64,000 nucleotides of DNA. Source: Candidatus Latescibacterota bacterium (GTDB lineage: Bacteria; Latescibacterota; UBA2968; GCA-2709665). The DNA lies in contig OZ241917.1 in the NCBI GenBank assembly GCA_965203805.1, positions 2,080,001 to 2,144,000 on the forward strand, read 5' to 3'. The position numbers were made by a program, and so were the translations under genes. Shown here in pieces: positions 19,858 to 27,543 of the stretch. How positions within the stretch are numbered: the first letter of the stretch is position 1; each line of letters starts with the position of its first letter. The notes under the pieces were generated by a model. It saw only the letters and a program-made list of their open reading frames with translations, was not told the DNA's origin and made no database searches.

Positions 19858-22800
19858 TTAGAAGTTGACTTTCAGACCCAGGCCCACTTCGCGCGGCTTC
19901 CCGTAGTACCGGGTCAGTTCGTTGTAGTCCCCGTACGTGAGGTAATCCTGGTCGTTCGGCCTGGGTAAATTCAGACCCCAGCGAACGAAGTCAGGATAGG
20001 AGCCGGCCACGGGGCTGTCCTGCTGGTTGAACAGGTTGAAGATCTCCACATAGAAGACGGCGTTCCGGTGCCCGCCCTCCACGAGCGTCTTCTCAACCTG
20101 CAGGTCGGTCCAGGTTCGTATGGGTCTGTGACGCAGTTCCGGCTGCTTGCCGGGCGGCGTGTACCATTGGGGCCTGCCGCTCTGAATGCGCCAGACCATA
20201 TTGGCGCGCAGGCCGCCCACCGCGTGGAACTGGCGCAGCCCGGGCCCGAAGTCCATGGGCGTATCCAGGTACAGCGAGAGGCTGGACTGGACGCGCAGGT
20301 CGGACCCCTTGGGGTTGAACAGGCGGCCGCCGCCGTAGGTGGGCTGCCACACGCCGTTCATATTGGCCGGGGCGTCGTAGGCCTTCTGGATGTCCATGAA
20401 CTCGAAGATCACGAACTGATAGCTGTTGGTGATTCCTCTGGCCCTGCCGCGCCACCAGCTGGCTACCCTCGTGGCGAGCTTCATCCGCTCTTCCAGCGAG
20501 AAGTCCTTACGCACGTACGCCGAGCCGTTCCATTCCCAGTCGTGGTACTGGTCCGGATTCATCACGTACGAGGAATCCGGGTAGAACATGGTGGCGTTGG
20601 AGCCCACGCGCGCCGTAGACGCCCAGCCGAAGTTGACGGCCGCGTTGAACGAGAAGTAGTGGCTGAAGCCCTTGCGCACGTGGAGCTCGAGCCCTCTCAT
20701 GTCCTGGTAGGTGCTGGGCTTGCGGCCCCAGACCCACGTTGTGCGCTGCGGCTCGTACCAGTAGCGGCTGCCGGAGGAAATCTTCCCGATAGCACTCTTG
20801 TAGTATGCCGCCATTCCCGCCGTGTAGTCGGCCACGAAGTTCCAGTCGGCGCCGGCCTCGTAAGCCCGGGTACGCGTGAGGGACACGTAGGGGTTCGCCA
20901 TCCGGACCTGACCGTGCAGACCGCGGAACGCGTCCCACGCCACGTGGGCGTCGGGGCCGTTCGCGCGCCACTGTTCACGGAAGTACTCGAACAGGTCGGG
21001 CACCTTCGCGTACAGGCCGGCTGTAAAGTGGAAGGCCGACCGCTGCGTGATGGGATGGGAAATCCCGAAGCGCGGGCTGAACTGGGTCGCCCACTGCGGG
21101 TCGACCGTGACCATGTCCACGTGCTTGATGAGCCAGCGGTTCTGCGGCGTCTGAAGCTGCGAGACGTTGTAGAACCGGTGGTTGGTGTAAAGCGCGTCGA
21201 ACCGGATGCCCGCGTTCATCACCATCCCCTCGAACTCCATCTTGTCCTGCAGATAGAATCCGATCTGAATGGGGTTGATGGGGGCCTTCACGTCCGGGAG
21301 ATTGCCCGAGTGGGTGATGAAGTCCACGATGCGCTGGCTCGGGTTGGGCGAGTTGTAGTTCAGGTAATAGATGCTGAACCGCGTCAGATCCAAACCCGTC
21401 TTGACGAAGTGGCCCTTGGTGACCTGCGAAGAAATATCCAGCTTGACGTTCAGCCGGCTGCGGTCCGCGATCGTATAATTCGCGACGTTACTGGGCTTCA
21501 CGTTGAACCAGCCGTCCAGGTCCTTCTCGCCGAAGACCGTTAATGGGAACCCGAAGCTGTCTCTCGGCCAGGTGGTTTCCTGGGTATCTTCCAGCGTCGT
21601 GTAGAACGACACCCTGGCTTCGTAGAACGTCTTCGGGGACACCGTGTGGGTCAGGGATGCATAGGTGACCCGGTCGCTTACCTTGCGCCCGCCAGCGCCC
21701 GACCCCTCCGGCAGGAACACGTTCTGCCCGTTGGAGGCCCGGTCGCGCTGGGTGTTCGTTCCCCTGTTGTAATATTCCGCCACGGAGTAAATCTGCCCGA
21801 TGCTCACCTTCGCGTCGGCGCCCGGCCGGAACGTCAGCTTGGCGTTCCCGCGGAAATCCAGCGGCGTTTCCAGCGTGGGAAACCCGCCCGACATCACGCT
21901 GGTCAGGCTGGTGGCGCCAAGGCTCGGGTCGAACGTGGCATTGCGTACAGACGTGTTCAACACATCCGTGGGCTGCCTGGTCCACCGGGCGCTGGCAAAG
22001 AAGCTGGCCTGGTCGCCCAGCGGGCCCGAAACGCCGCCCTCGATATAAGAACCCTTAACGTCAGTATAGTCCACGGCCCTGTGCGCCAGGCCCACCTCAT
22101 CGTCTGGCGTTCCCGGAACGCCATCCTCGCCGTCGCTCAGGATCACCGTTTCCGCGCGCCATTCCCGGTCGTCCCACTTGAGCTTGTCACGGTGGTAAGC
22201 GCTTTCGTAGAGGTTTGAGCCCCAGTGCTTCTGGCTCGGCGGCGTATAGCGGAAATCGCCCCAGCCGCGGAAGTCCCGCCCGCCGTCTTTCGTAATGATG
22301 GAGACCGCGCCGGACTCCAGGTTTCCGTATTCGGCGCTCGCGCCGCCCGAAATCACCGTGATTTCCTGCACGGCGGTCTTGGAAGGACCGGTGAACTGCC
22401 GGCCGTACCCGTCGTTGTTCGGCAGGACCACGCCGTCCACCATCAGGATGGCGTCTCTCGAGTCCCCGCCCCGGATGACGTTGGCGTTGTTGAGTTGCAC
22501 GCCCGGATTCAGCGTGACCAGATCAGTAACCGACCGCGCCATCGGCAGCGCCTCCAGCTGCTCGACGCCCATGACGTAATGGCTGGTGGTCTTGTCGGGC
22601 TCCACCGGCGGGCGTTCCGCCGTAACCACGAGTTCCTCGGCTTCCAGCGCCGTTTCTTTCAACTGGAAGTCCACGGTCGTGGTGAAGTCCGCCTGGATAC
22701 GCACGTCCGTCTTGGTAACGGCGTTGTAGCCGACCATCGACGCTACGAGCGTCAGGTTTCCCGGGTCGACAGAGAGGAGCAGATAGTATCCGTCCGCATC

Positions 22801-22983
22801 CGACTGTGCGCCCCTTCGCGTGCCCTCGATCACGACGTTCACGCCGGGCAGCGGTTCGCCGGACGCCGCGTCCATAACGCGCCCGGTCAGTTTGCCGGTC
22901 TGGCCCGCGAACACGCCGGCGGTCAGGCCGACGAGCATAAAGACCGCAACCGGCAAAGCCACAAACAACTTCCATCTGTTCAT
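19858..22983 (-). CDS. TonB-dependent receptor with carboxypeptidase-regulatory-like N-domain
   Basis: GKLTGRVMDAASGEPLPGVNVVIEG, plug motifs IRGG/VDGV/ISGGASAEYG, YLQDKME, FSPRFG and C-terminal PREVGLGLKVNF. Confidence 0.9.
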   Translation of the reverse strand: MNRWKLFVALPVAVFMLVGLTAGVFAGQTGKLTGRVMDAASGEPLPGVNVVIEGTRRGAQSDADGYYLLLSVDPGNLTLVASMVGYNAVTKTDVRIQADFTTTVDFQLKETALEAEELVVTAERPPVEPDKTTSHYVMGVEQLEALPMARSVTDLVTLNPGVQLNNANVIRGGDSRDAILMVDGVVLPNNDGYGRQFTGPSKTAVQEITVISGGASAEYGNLESGAVSIITKDGGRDFRGWGDFRYTPPSQKHWGSNLYESAYHRDKLKWDDREWRAETVILSDGEDGVPGTPDDEVGLAHRAVDYTDVKGSYIEGGVSGPLGDQASFFASARWTRQPTDVLNTSVRNATFDPSLGATSLTSVMSGGFPTLETPLDFRGNAKLTFRPGADAKVSIGQIYSVAEYYNRGTNTQRDRASNGQNVFLPEGSGAGGRKVSDRVTYASLTHTVSPKTFYEARVSFYTTLEDTQETTWPRDSFGFPLTVFGEKDLDGWFNVKPSNVANYTIADRSRLNVKLDISSQVTKGHFVKTGLDLTRFSIYYLNYNSPNPSQRIVDFITHSGNLPDVKAPINPIQIGFYLQDKMEFEGMVMNAGIRFDALYTNHRFYNVSQLQTPQNRWLIKHVDMVTVDPQWATQFSPRFGISHPITQRSAFHFTAGLYAKVPDLFEYFREQWRANGPDAHVAWDAFRGLHGQVRMANPYVSLTRTRAYEAGADWNFVADYTAGMAAYYKSAIGKISSGSRYWYEPQRTTWVWGRKPSTYQDMRGLELHVRKGFSHYFSFNAAVNFGWASTARVGSNATMFYPDSSYVMNPDQYHDWEWNGSAYVRKDFSLEERMKLATRVASWWRGRARGITNSYQFVIFEFMDIQKAYDAPANMNGVWQPTYGGGRLFNPKGSDLRVQSSLSLYLDTPMDFGPGLRQFHAVGGLRANMVWRIQSGRPQWYTPPGKQPELRHRPIRTWTDLQVEKTLVEGGHRNAVFYVEIFNLFNQQDSPVAGSYPDFVRWGLNLPRPNDQDYLTYGDYNELTRYYGKPREVGLGLKVNF

Positions 22984-23013
22984 CTGAAAACCTCCTTCGA
23001 GAATACTCAGCGG

Positions 23014-23712
23014 CTATTTACCGCTGAAGTAGAACTTAATCCCGGCTCCGAAGTCCAGCATCTGCAGAGGGAAGGTTTCGGAGAGCTCCCAGTCTTCAAG
23101 ACCCCGAAGGTCCCCGATCATAATGTTGTACCGTCCGCGGAGGTCCACGGCCACGTTTTCGATCACGAACGCTTCGACGCCCAGTCCGGCGTTAATCCCC
23201 AGCGCGTACCGCTGGTCGGTGAACGGTTCCAGTTCGAGGACCAGGTCTCCCGTCTGCCCGGGCCACAGCAGCCCGCTGACGTCGTTCTTGTACCGGTAGA
23301 ATCCGCCGCCCACCGCAACGTACGGGGCGAAACTGCTGGCCGCAAACGGCTGGCCGACCTGCCGCAGGCGGACGAGCGCGTTTACCAGCAGGCTGTTCAG
23401 GCTCATGTTGCTTGACGCGTTCGGGCTGGTATAGGCTTGGCCGTCCGTCCAGGTGAACGTGCGTGTCAGCAGGCTCCCGTCGGTGAAATTCCCGTGGTGA
23501 AACTCCAGTTCAACGGTAACGTTCGACGCCGGCACGTACGCCGCGTTCAATCCGAACTTGGAATCGTTGTCGTACCACTCGCCCAGACCGAAGACCGGCA
23601 CGTTGTAATTCGCGAACACGCCGACCCCCCAACTACCTTCCTGGGCAACGGCAGGCCAGGTTGAAACCGCCAACACAAGAATCAACAGGCCAACAACCCT
23701 GAACACCTTCAT
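23014..23712 (-). CDS. Outer-membrane beta-barrel protein (8-strand OmpA/OmpW-like)
   Basis: Signal peptide, FAPYVAVGGG, GINAGLGVE, DLRGRY and terminal GAGIKFYF; AGGAGG RBS before ATG 23712. Confidence 0.8.
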   Translation of the reverse strand: MKVFRVVGLLILVLAVSTWPAVAQEGSWGVGVFANYNVPVFGLGEWYDNDSKFGLNAAYVPASNVTVELEFHHGNFTDGSLLTRTFTWTDGQAYTSPNASSNMSLNSLLVNALVRLRQVGQPFAASSFAPYVAVGGGFYRYKNDVSGLLWPGQTGDLVLELEPFTDQRYALGINAGLGVEAFVIENVAVDLRGRYNIMIGDLRGLEDWELSETFPLQMLDFGAGIKFYFSGK

Positions 23713-24020
23713 ACACACCTCCTTACTTTGGAAGATGACTTATCCCCACCACCCTGCCATACGTCTGTAATCTGCTGCGAAACAACAACGACGTGCGAAT
23801 CATGTCTCCGAAAATACTCGCGGTCTGCTCGACTTTCCACCCCCTCTCGGACAAAAAAAGGGGCATCACTGTCCGGAAACCGGCAGCGCCCCGTTAACAC
23901 ACTCCTGTTTCATGCGTATGAACACTATGATAAACGACTACGCAGTAGCAATTTAGCATAAGCCGACCATCTGACGCGTAGAATCGCTGTTTTTGAGCAT
24001 AACCGCAGGTTAATCGACAG

Positions 24021-24049
24021 AAGATATACAACATTTTCAGAGTTGTCAA
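24021..24049 (-). promoter_or_regulatory. Sigma70-type promoter for the OMP-TonB-CTD-PorV operon
   Basis: Minus strand TTGACA-17 nt-TATCTT, overlapped by an ACAAC-N9-GTTGT dyad. Confidence 0.65.
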
Positions 24050-24168
24050 CCCTTTTTCTCGTGTTATTTTCGACGATCTACCGTTCGGCCCCGACCCGTG
24101 CGCAGCCGGCCTGATCGCCTGTTCGCACACGTTGTGACACAATACCAGAAGTAGCCAGCCTGTACCGC

Positions 24169-25053
24169 CTACAAGAGCCGCTGCGAGGCCAGGGCCTCGA
24201 GCACCGTTTCGCCGATGTCGGCCGGGCTGCTGCAGACCCGTATCCCCGCGGCGCTCAGGGCCGCCACCTTTTCCTCTGCCGTGCCCTTCCCGCCGGAAAT
24301 AATGGCGCCGGCGTGACCCATGCGCCTGCCGGGAGGCGCGGTCTGGCCCGCTATAAAGCCGACCACGGGCTTCGGGAAGGTGTGTTTCACGTAGTCCGCA
24401 GCCTGTTCTTCGGCGCCGCCTCCGATCTCTCCGATCATCACAACACATTCGGTATCGGGATCCTTCGCGAAGGCATCGAGACAGTCGATAAAGCTGGTTC
24501 CGGTTACGGGATCGCCGCCGATACCGACGCACGTGGTCTGGCCGAGATCCAGGGCGGTCAGCTGGGCGACCGCCTCGTAGGTCAGCGTACCGCTGCGTGA
24601 AATGACACCCACGTTCCCGCTCCTGTGGATCTCCGCCGGCATAATCCCGATTTTACATTTGCCGGGAGAGATGACTCCCGGACAGTTCGGACCGATCAGC
24701 CGGGTGGAACGCGAGCCGAGAAAGTGTTTGACCTTCACCATGTCCAGCACGGGGATGCCTTCGCTGATGCACACAACCAGGCTCAGACCGGCATCCGCGG
24801 CTTCAATGACGGCGTCCGCCGAAAAGGCCGCCGGCACAAACACGATCGAGGCATCGGCGCCGGTGGCGTCGACCGCGTCCGATACGGTGTTGAAGACCGG
24901 TACGCCCTCGACGCGGTGGCCGGCCTTGCCCGGCGTGACGCCCGCGACGATCCGCGTGCCGTAGTCCAGCATCTGACGGGTGTGGAACGAGCCTTCGTTG
25001 CCGGTGATGGCCTGCACAACCACTCGGGTTTCGCTGTCTATAAATATGCTCAT
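24169..25053 (-). CDS. sucD: Succinyl-CoA ligase alpha subunit
   Basis: [30 protein letters not shown] and phospho-His motif RMGHAGA. Confidence 0.95.
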   Translation of the reverse strand: MSIFIDSETRVVVQAITGNEGSFHTRQMLDYGTRIVAGVTPGKAGHRVEGVPVFNTVSDAVDATGADASIVFVPAAFSADAVIEAADAGLSLVVCISEGIPVLDMVKVKHFLGSRSTRLIGPNCPGVISPGKCKIGIMPAEIHRSGNVGVISRSGTLTYEAVAQLTALDLGQTTCVGIGGDPVTGTSFIDCLDAFAKDPDTECVVMIGEIGGGAEEQAADYVKHTFPKPVVGFIAGQTAPPGRRMGHAGAIISGGKGTAEEKVAALSAAGIRVCSSPADIGETVLEALASQRLL

Positions 25054-25083
25054 TGAGAATCCATTCTTCATACCCTTCGCGGA

Positions 25084-25121
25084 CCCTCACCCCCCGGCCC
25101 CCTCTCCCAGCGGGAGAGGGG
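25084..25121. repeat. REP-like palindrome CCCTCACCC...CCCCCTCTCCC/GGGAGAGGGGG
   Basis: Perfect 11-bp stem with a 3-nt loop, preceded by CCCTCACCCC; a widespread intergenic repeat type. Confidence 0.75.
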
Positions 25122-25209
25122 GAGCGGACAGCTTGAAGCAAAACCGGGACGCGGCGAGGGAATCACAGTTTCTCACTTACCCCCGGGAAGGGGATGTGTC
25201 TTAAAGGCG

Positions 25210-25328
25210 GTGAGAAGGTAGACGTTAGGCGTGAGATGATGTGAGTGCCCCGTGGGGTTTCATTTCTTGCCGGAGGTATAACGGAAGGACCAATCGGGCA
25301 AGGATGTCATCTACCGTCTCACCTCTTC
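25210..25328. repeat. Inverted heptamer-type arms
   Basis: GTGAGAAGGTAGACG (25210-25224) matches the reverse complement of 25308-25322 (GTGAGACGGTAGATG) at 13/15, with 7-nt periodicity TGAGAxG. Confidence 0.6.
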
Positions 25329-25334
25329 CTGCAT

Positions 25335-26021
25335 TTACTGTAGCCCTGGGTTGACGCGTTCCTCGAGGGTGCCGTCGGCGTTGCCGATAACAATGTGATG
25401 AGCGAGGCCGACAAAGAGGCCGGATTCGACGACGCCGCAGATCGCCGCGATACGCCGTTCGAGGTCGGCGGGATCGTTGATGACGCCGAAAGCGCAGTCC
25501 AGGATGTGGTTCCCGTTATCCGTAACGAAAGCCCGGTTGTCCTGAACACGGAGAGTGGCGCGGCACCCGAGGGCTTCGACCTGCAACCGCACGAACTGCC
25601 AGCCGAAGGGCGCCACTTCCACGGGCAGAGGGAATCCGCCGAGGCGATTCTTGAGTTTCGATTCGTCGGCGACGATGATTTCGCGGCGGCTGGCGCTGGC
25701 CACAAGTTTCTCGCGCAGCAGCGCGCCTCCTCCGCCCTTGATCAGATTAAAGGCGGGATCGATCTCGTCGGCGCCGTCGATGGTCAGGTCGATCCTGGCG
25801 GCCAGGGCGAAATCCGTAAGCGGGATTCCCTCGCGTTCCGCTTGAATCCGGGACTGTTCCGACGTGGGTATACCGTGAATCCGAAGGCCCTCCCGAACCC
25901 GCTCGCCCAGTCTTCGAATAGCAAAGTGCGCCGTGGATCCGGTCCCCAGACCAACGATCATCCCGTTGTCCGCGAAGTCGGCGGCCCGTTCGCCTGCAAG
26001 TTGTTTCGGGTCGGCAGCCAC
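25335..26021 (-). CDS. rpiA: Ribose-5-phosphate isomerase A
   Basis: GLGTGST, DGADE, IKGGGGALLREK and TDNGN motifs. GTG start chosen because the ORF-track extension runs through repeats. Confidence 0.95.
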   Translation of the reverse strand: MAADPKQLAGERAADFADNGMIVGLGTGSTAHFAIRRLGERVREGLRIHGIPTSEQSRIQAEREGIPLTDFALAARIDLTIDGADEIDPAFNLIKGGGGALLREKLVASASRREIIVADESKLKNRLGGFPLPVEVAPFGWQFVRLQVEALGCRATLRVQDNRAFVTDNGNHILDCAFGVINDPADLERRIAAICGVVESGLFVGLAHHIVIGNADGTLEERVNPGLQ

Positions 26022-26042
26022 GATATTACCGGTAGCAGTAAA

Positions 26043-26117
26043 TGGTGGGTAGTGGCCAGTGGTCAGCAAAAGCAGCGATCAGCACTCGGCGGTCAGCATT
26101 CGGCTTGAGTCAAAAGC
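26043..26117. repeat. Heptamer arrays (single orientation)
   Basis: TAGTGGC-CAGTGGT-CAGC and CAGCGAT-CAGCACT-CGGCGGT-CAGCATT-CGGCTTG; AGCACTCGGC equals the reverse complement of 16241-16250. Confidence 0.7.
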
Positions 26118-26166
26118 AACCCGTTGACGTCAACGCCGGGACGTGTCGAGACCGGAAGGGGCGTTT

Positions 26167-26185
26167 CGAGGGCAGGATGCCCTCG
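26167..26185. repeat. REP-like palindrome CGAGGGCA-GGA-TGCCCTCG
   Basis: Same 8-bp stem as the copies at 32555 and 32679. Confidence 0.75.
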
Positions 26186-26404
26186 GTCCGGAAAAAGGGG
26201 GCTCGGTCCGATTCGCGGGGAATTTATCGATCCGCGGCCCGAATTGCAATGACAAATAAGGGTGATAACACACCCGCCGCGGCGATTGTTCCCCGCCGAA
26301 GAAACGAAATCGATTGACATTTTCGTTCGTATATATCATATATACTGGCGCGGCCGTAACGGCGGCCATGCCAGTATAGTTGTACAGTGAACGGGGGAGG
26401 ACGC

Positions 26405-27250
26405 GTGGCGTACACTACACTTGAAGATTTTTTCGGAGATATCGTCGGAAAGGCCAGGCGCGGACGGGGTCTGTCGGAAGCGGCGCTTGCGAGCGCGGCG
26501 GGACTGACCGCCGGGGACGTCGGCAGGATCGAAGCCTACGACCTAACGCCCGACGACGGAGGGATCCGGGCGCTGGCGGGCGCGCTGGATCTGGACGGCG
26601 ACAAGCTCGTCGCGATTTCGAAGGGATGGGTGCCCGAGCGCGGAAATGCGCCTCACGACAACGGGCGGCTGTCTGTCGAGAGGACGATTCTGGACGTGGG
26701 TATGGAAGTGAACGCCTATGTGCTGAAGTGCAAGACATCCGGAGAAGGCGCAATCGTAGATGCCGGGGGGCAGGCGGGACGGATTCTTGCGCTGGTGGAG
26801 CGGATGAATCTGAAGGTGACCCACGTGCTGCTGACGCACGGGCATAGCGACCACGTGGGCGCACTTGGCGAAATCGCCGAGGCAACCACGGCAAGGGTGT
26901 ATTGCTGCGAACGGGACTTCGGACTTCTGGGAAGTTTGAAGGAATTCGTGACCGACCTGGTGGACGACGGCTGGCGTACGAACGTGGGGCGTATCGGCAT
27001 CGACGCGGTCAGCCTTCCCGGGCACACCGCGGGCGGAATCGGGTATGGCGCGGACGGGATTTTCTTTTCCGGCGACGCGCTTTTCGCCGGATCCATGGGC
27101 GGCGCGCCGGGTCCGGCCTATGCCGGTCAGATCGCGGCGGTGACGGAAAAAGTCCTGTCAAGGGACGGGAAAACCCGCGTATTTCCCGGGCACGGGCCCA
27201 TCACGTCGGTCGCCGAGGAATTGGCGCACAATCCGTTTTTTTCGTGCTGA
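26405..27250 (+). CDS. MBL-fold metallo-hydrolase (glyoxalase II-like) with N-terminal XRE-like HTH
   Basis: ARRGRGLSEAALASAAGL...IE HTH; THGHSDH, PGHT, SGDALF and PGHG; GGAGG RBS before GTG 26405. Confidence 0.85.
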   Translation: MAYTTLEDFFGDIVGKARRGRGLSEAALASAAGLTAGDVGRIEAYDLTPDDGGIRALAGALDLDGDKLVAISKGWVPERGNAPHDNGRLSVERTILDVGMEVNAYVLKCKTSGEGAIVDAGGQAGRILALVERMNLKVTHVLLTHGHSDHVGALGEIAEATTARVYCCERDFGLLGSLKEFVTDLVDDGWRTNVGRIGIDAVSLPGHTAGGIGYGADGIFFSGDALFAGSMGGAPGPAYAGQIAAVTEKVLSRDGKTRVFPGHGPITSVAEELAHNPFFSC

Positions 27251-27433
27251 AGCCCCTGACGTGACGGCCTCTCTGGACTCGGATAGTTTACGAATATTAT
27301 CCGATTTCTTGAATAACCGGTTGTTTTTCTGAATATTCAGTGGTTGGCACAAGGAAAGCCACTGTAATTCAGGGATCGCGGCGGTCGGCGTGATGAGGTG
27401 CGGTCAATGGTGATTCGATTCCCTGCGGTTACT

Positions 27434-27496
27434 CGTTTTCTCGTGCATTTGTCGTGCTTTTTTAGATTTTGTCCTGTCCATCCTGTCCATCCATGT
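27434..27496. repeat. Dispersed 9-mer-period repeat, reverse orientation
   Basis: Reverse complement reads ACATGGATGGACAGGATGGACAGGACAAAATCTAAAAAAGCACGACAAATGCACGAGAAAACG. Confidence 0.85.
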
Positions 27497-27543
27497 AAAT
27501 TTCGTTTTATGAATTAATAGGGTAGAGACCAAGGAGCCTGGAT

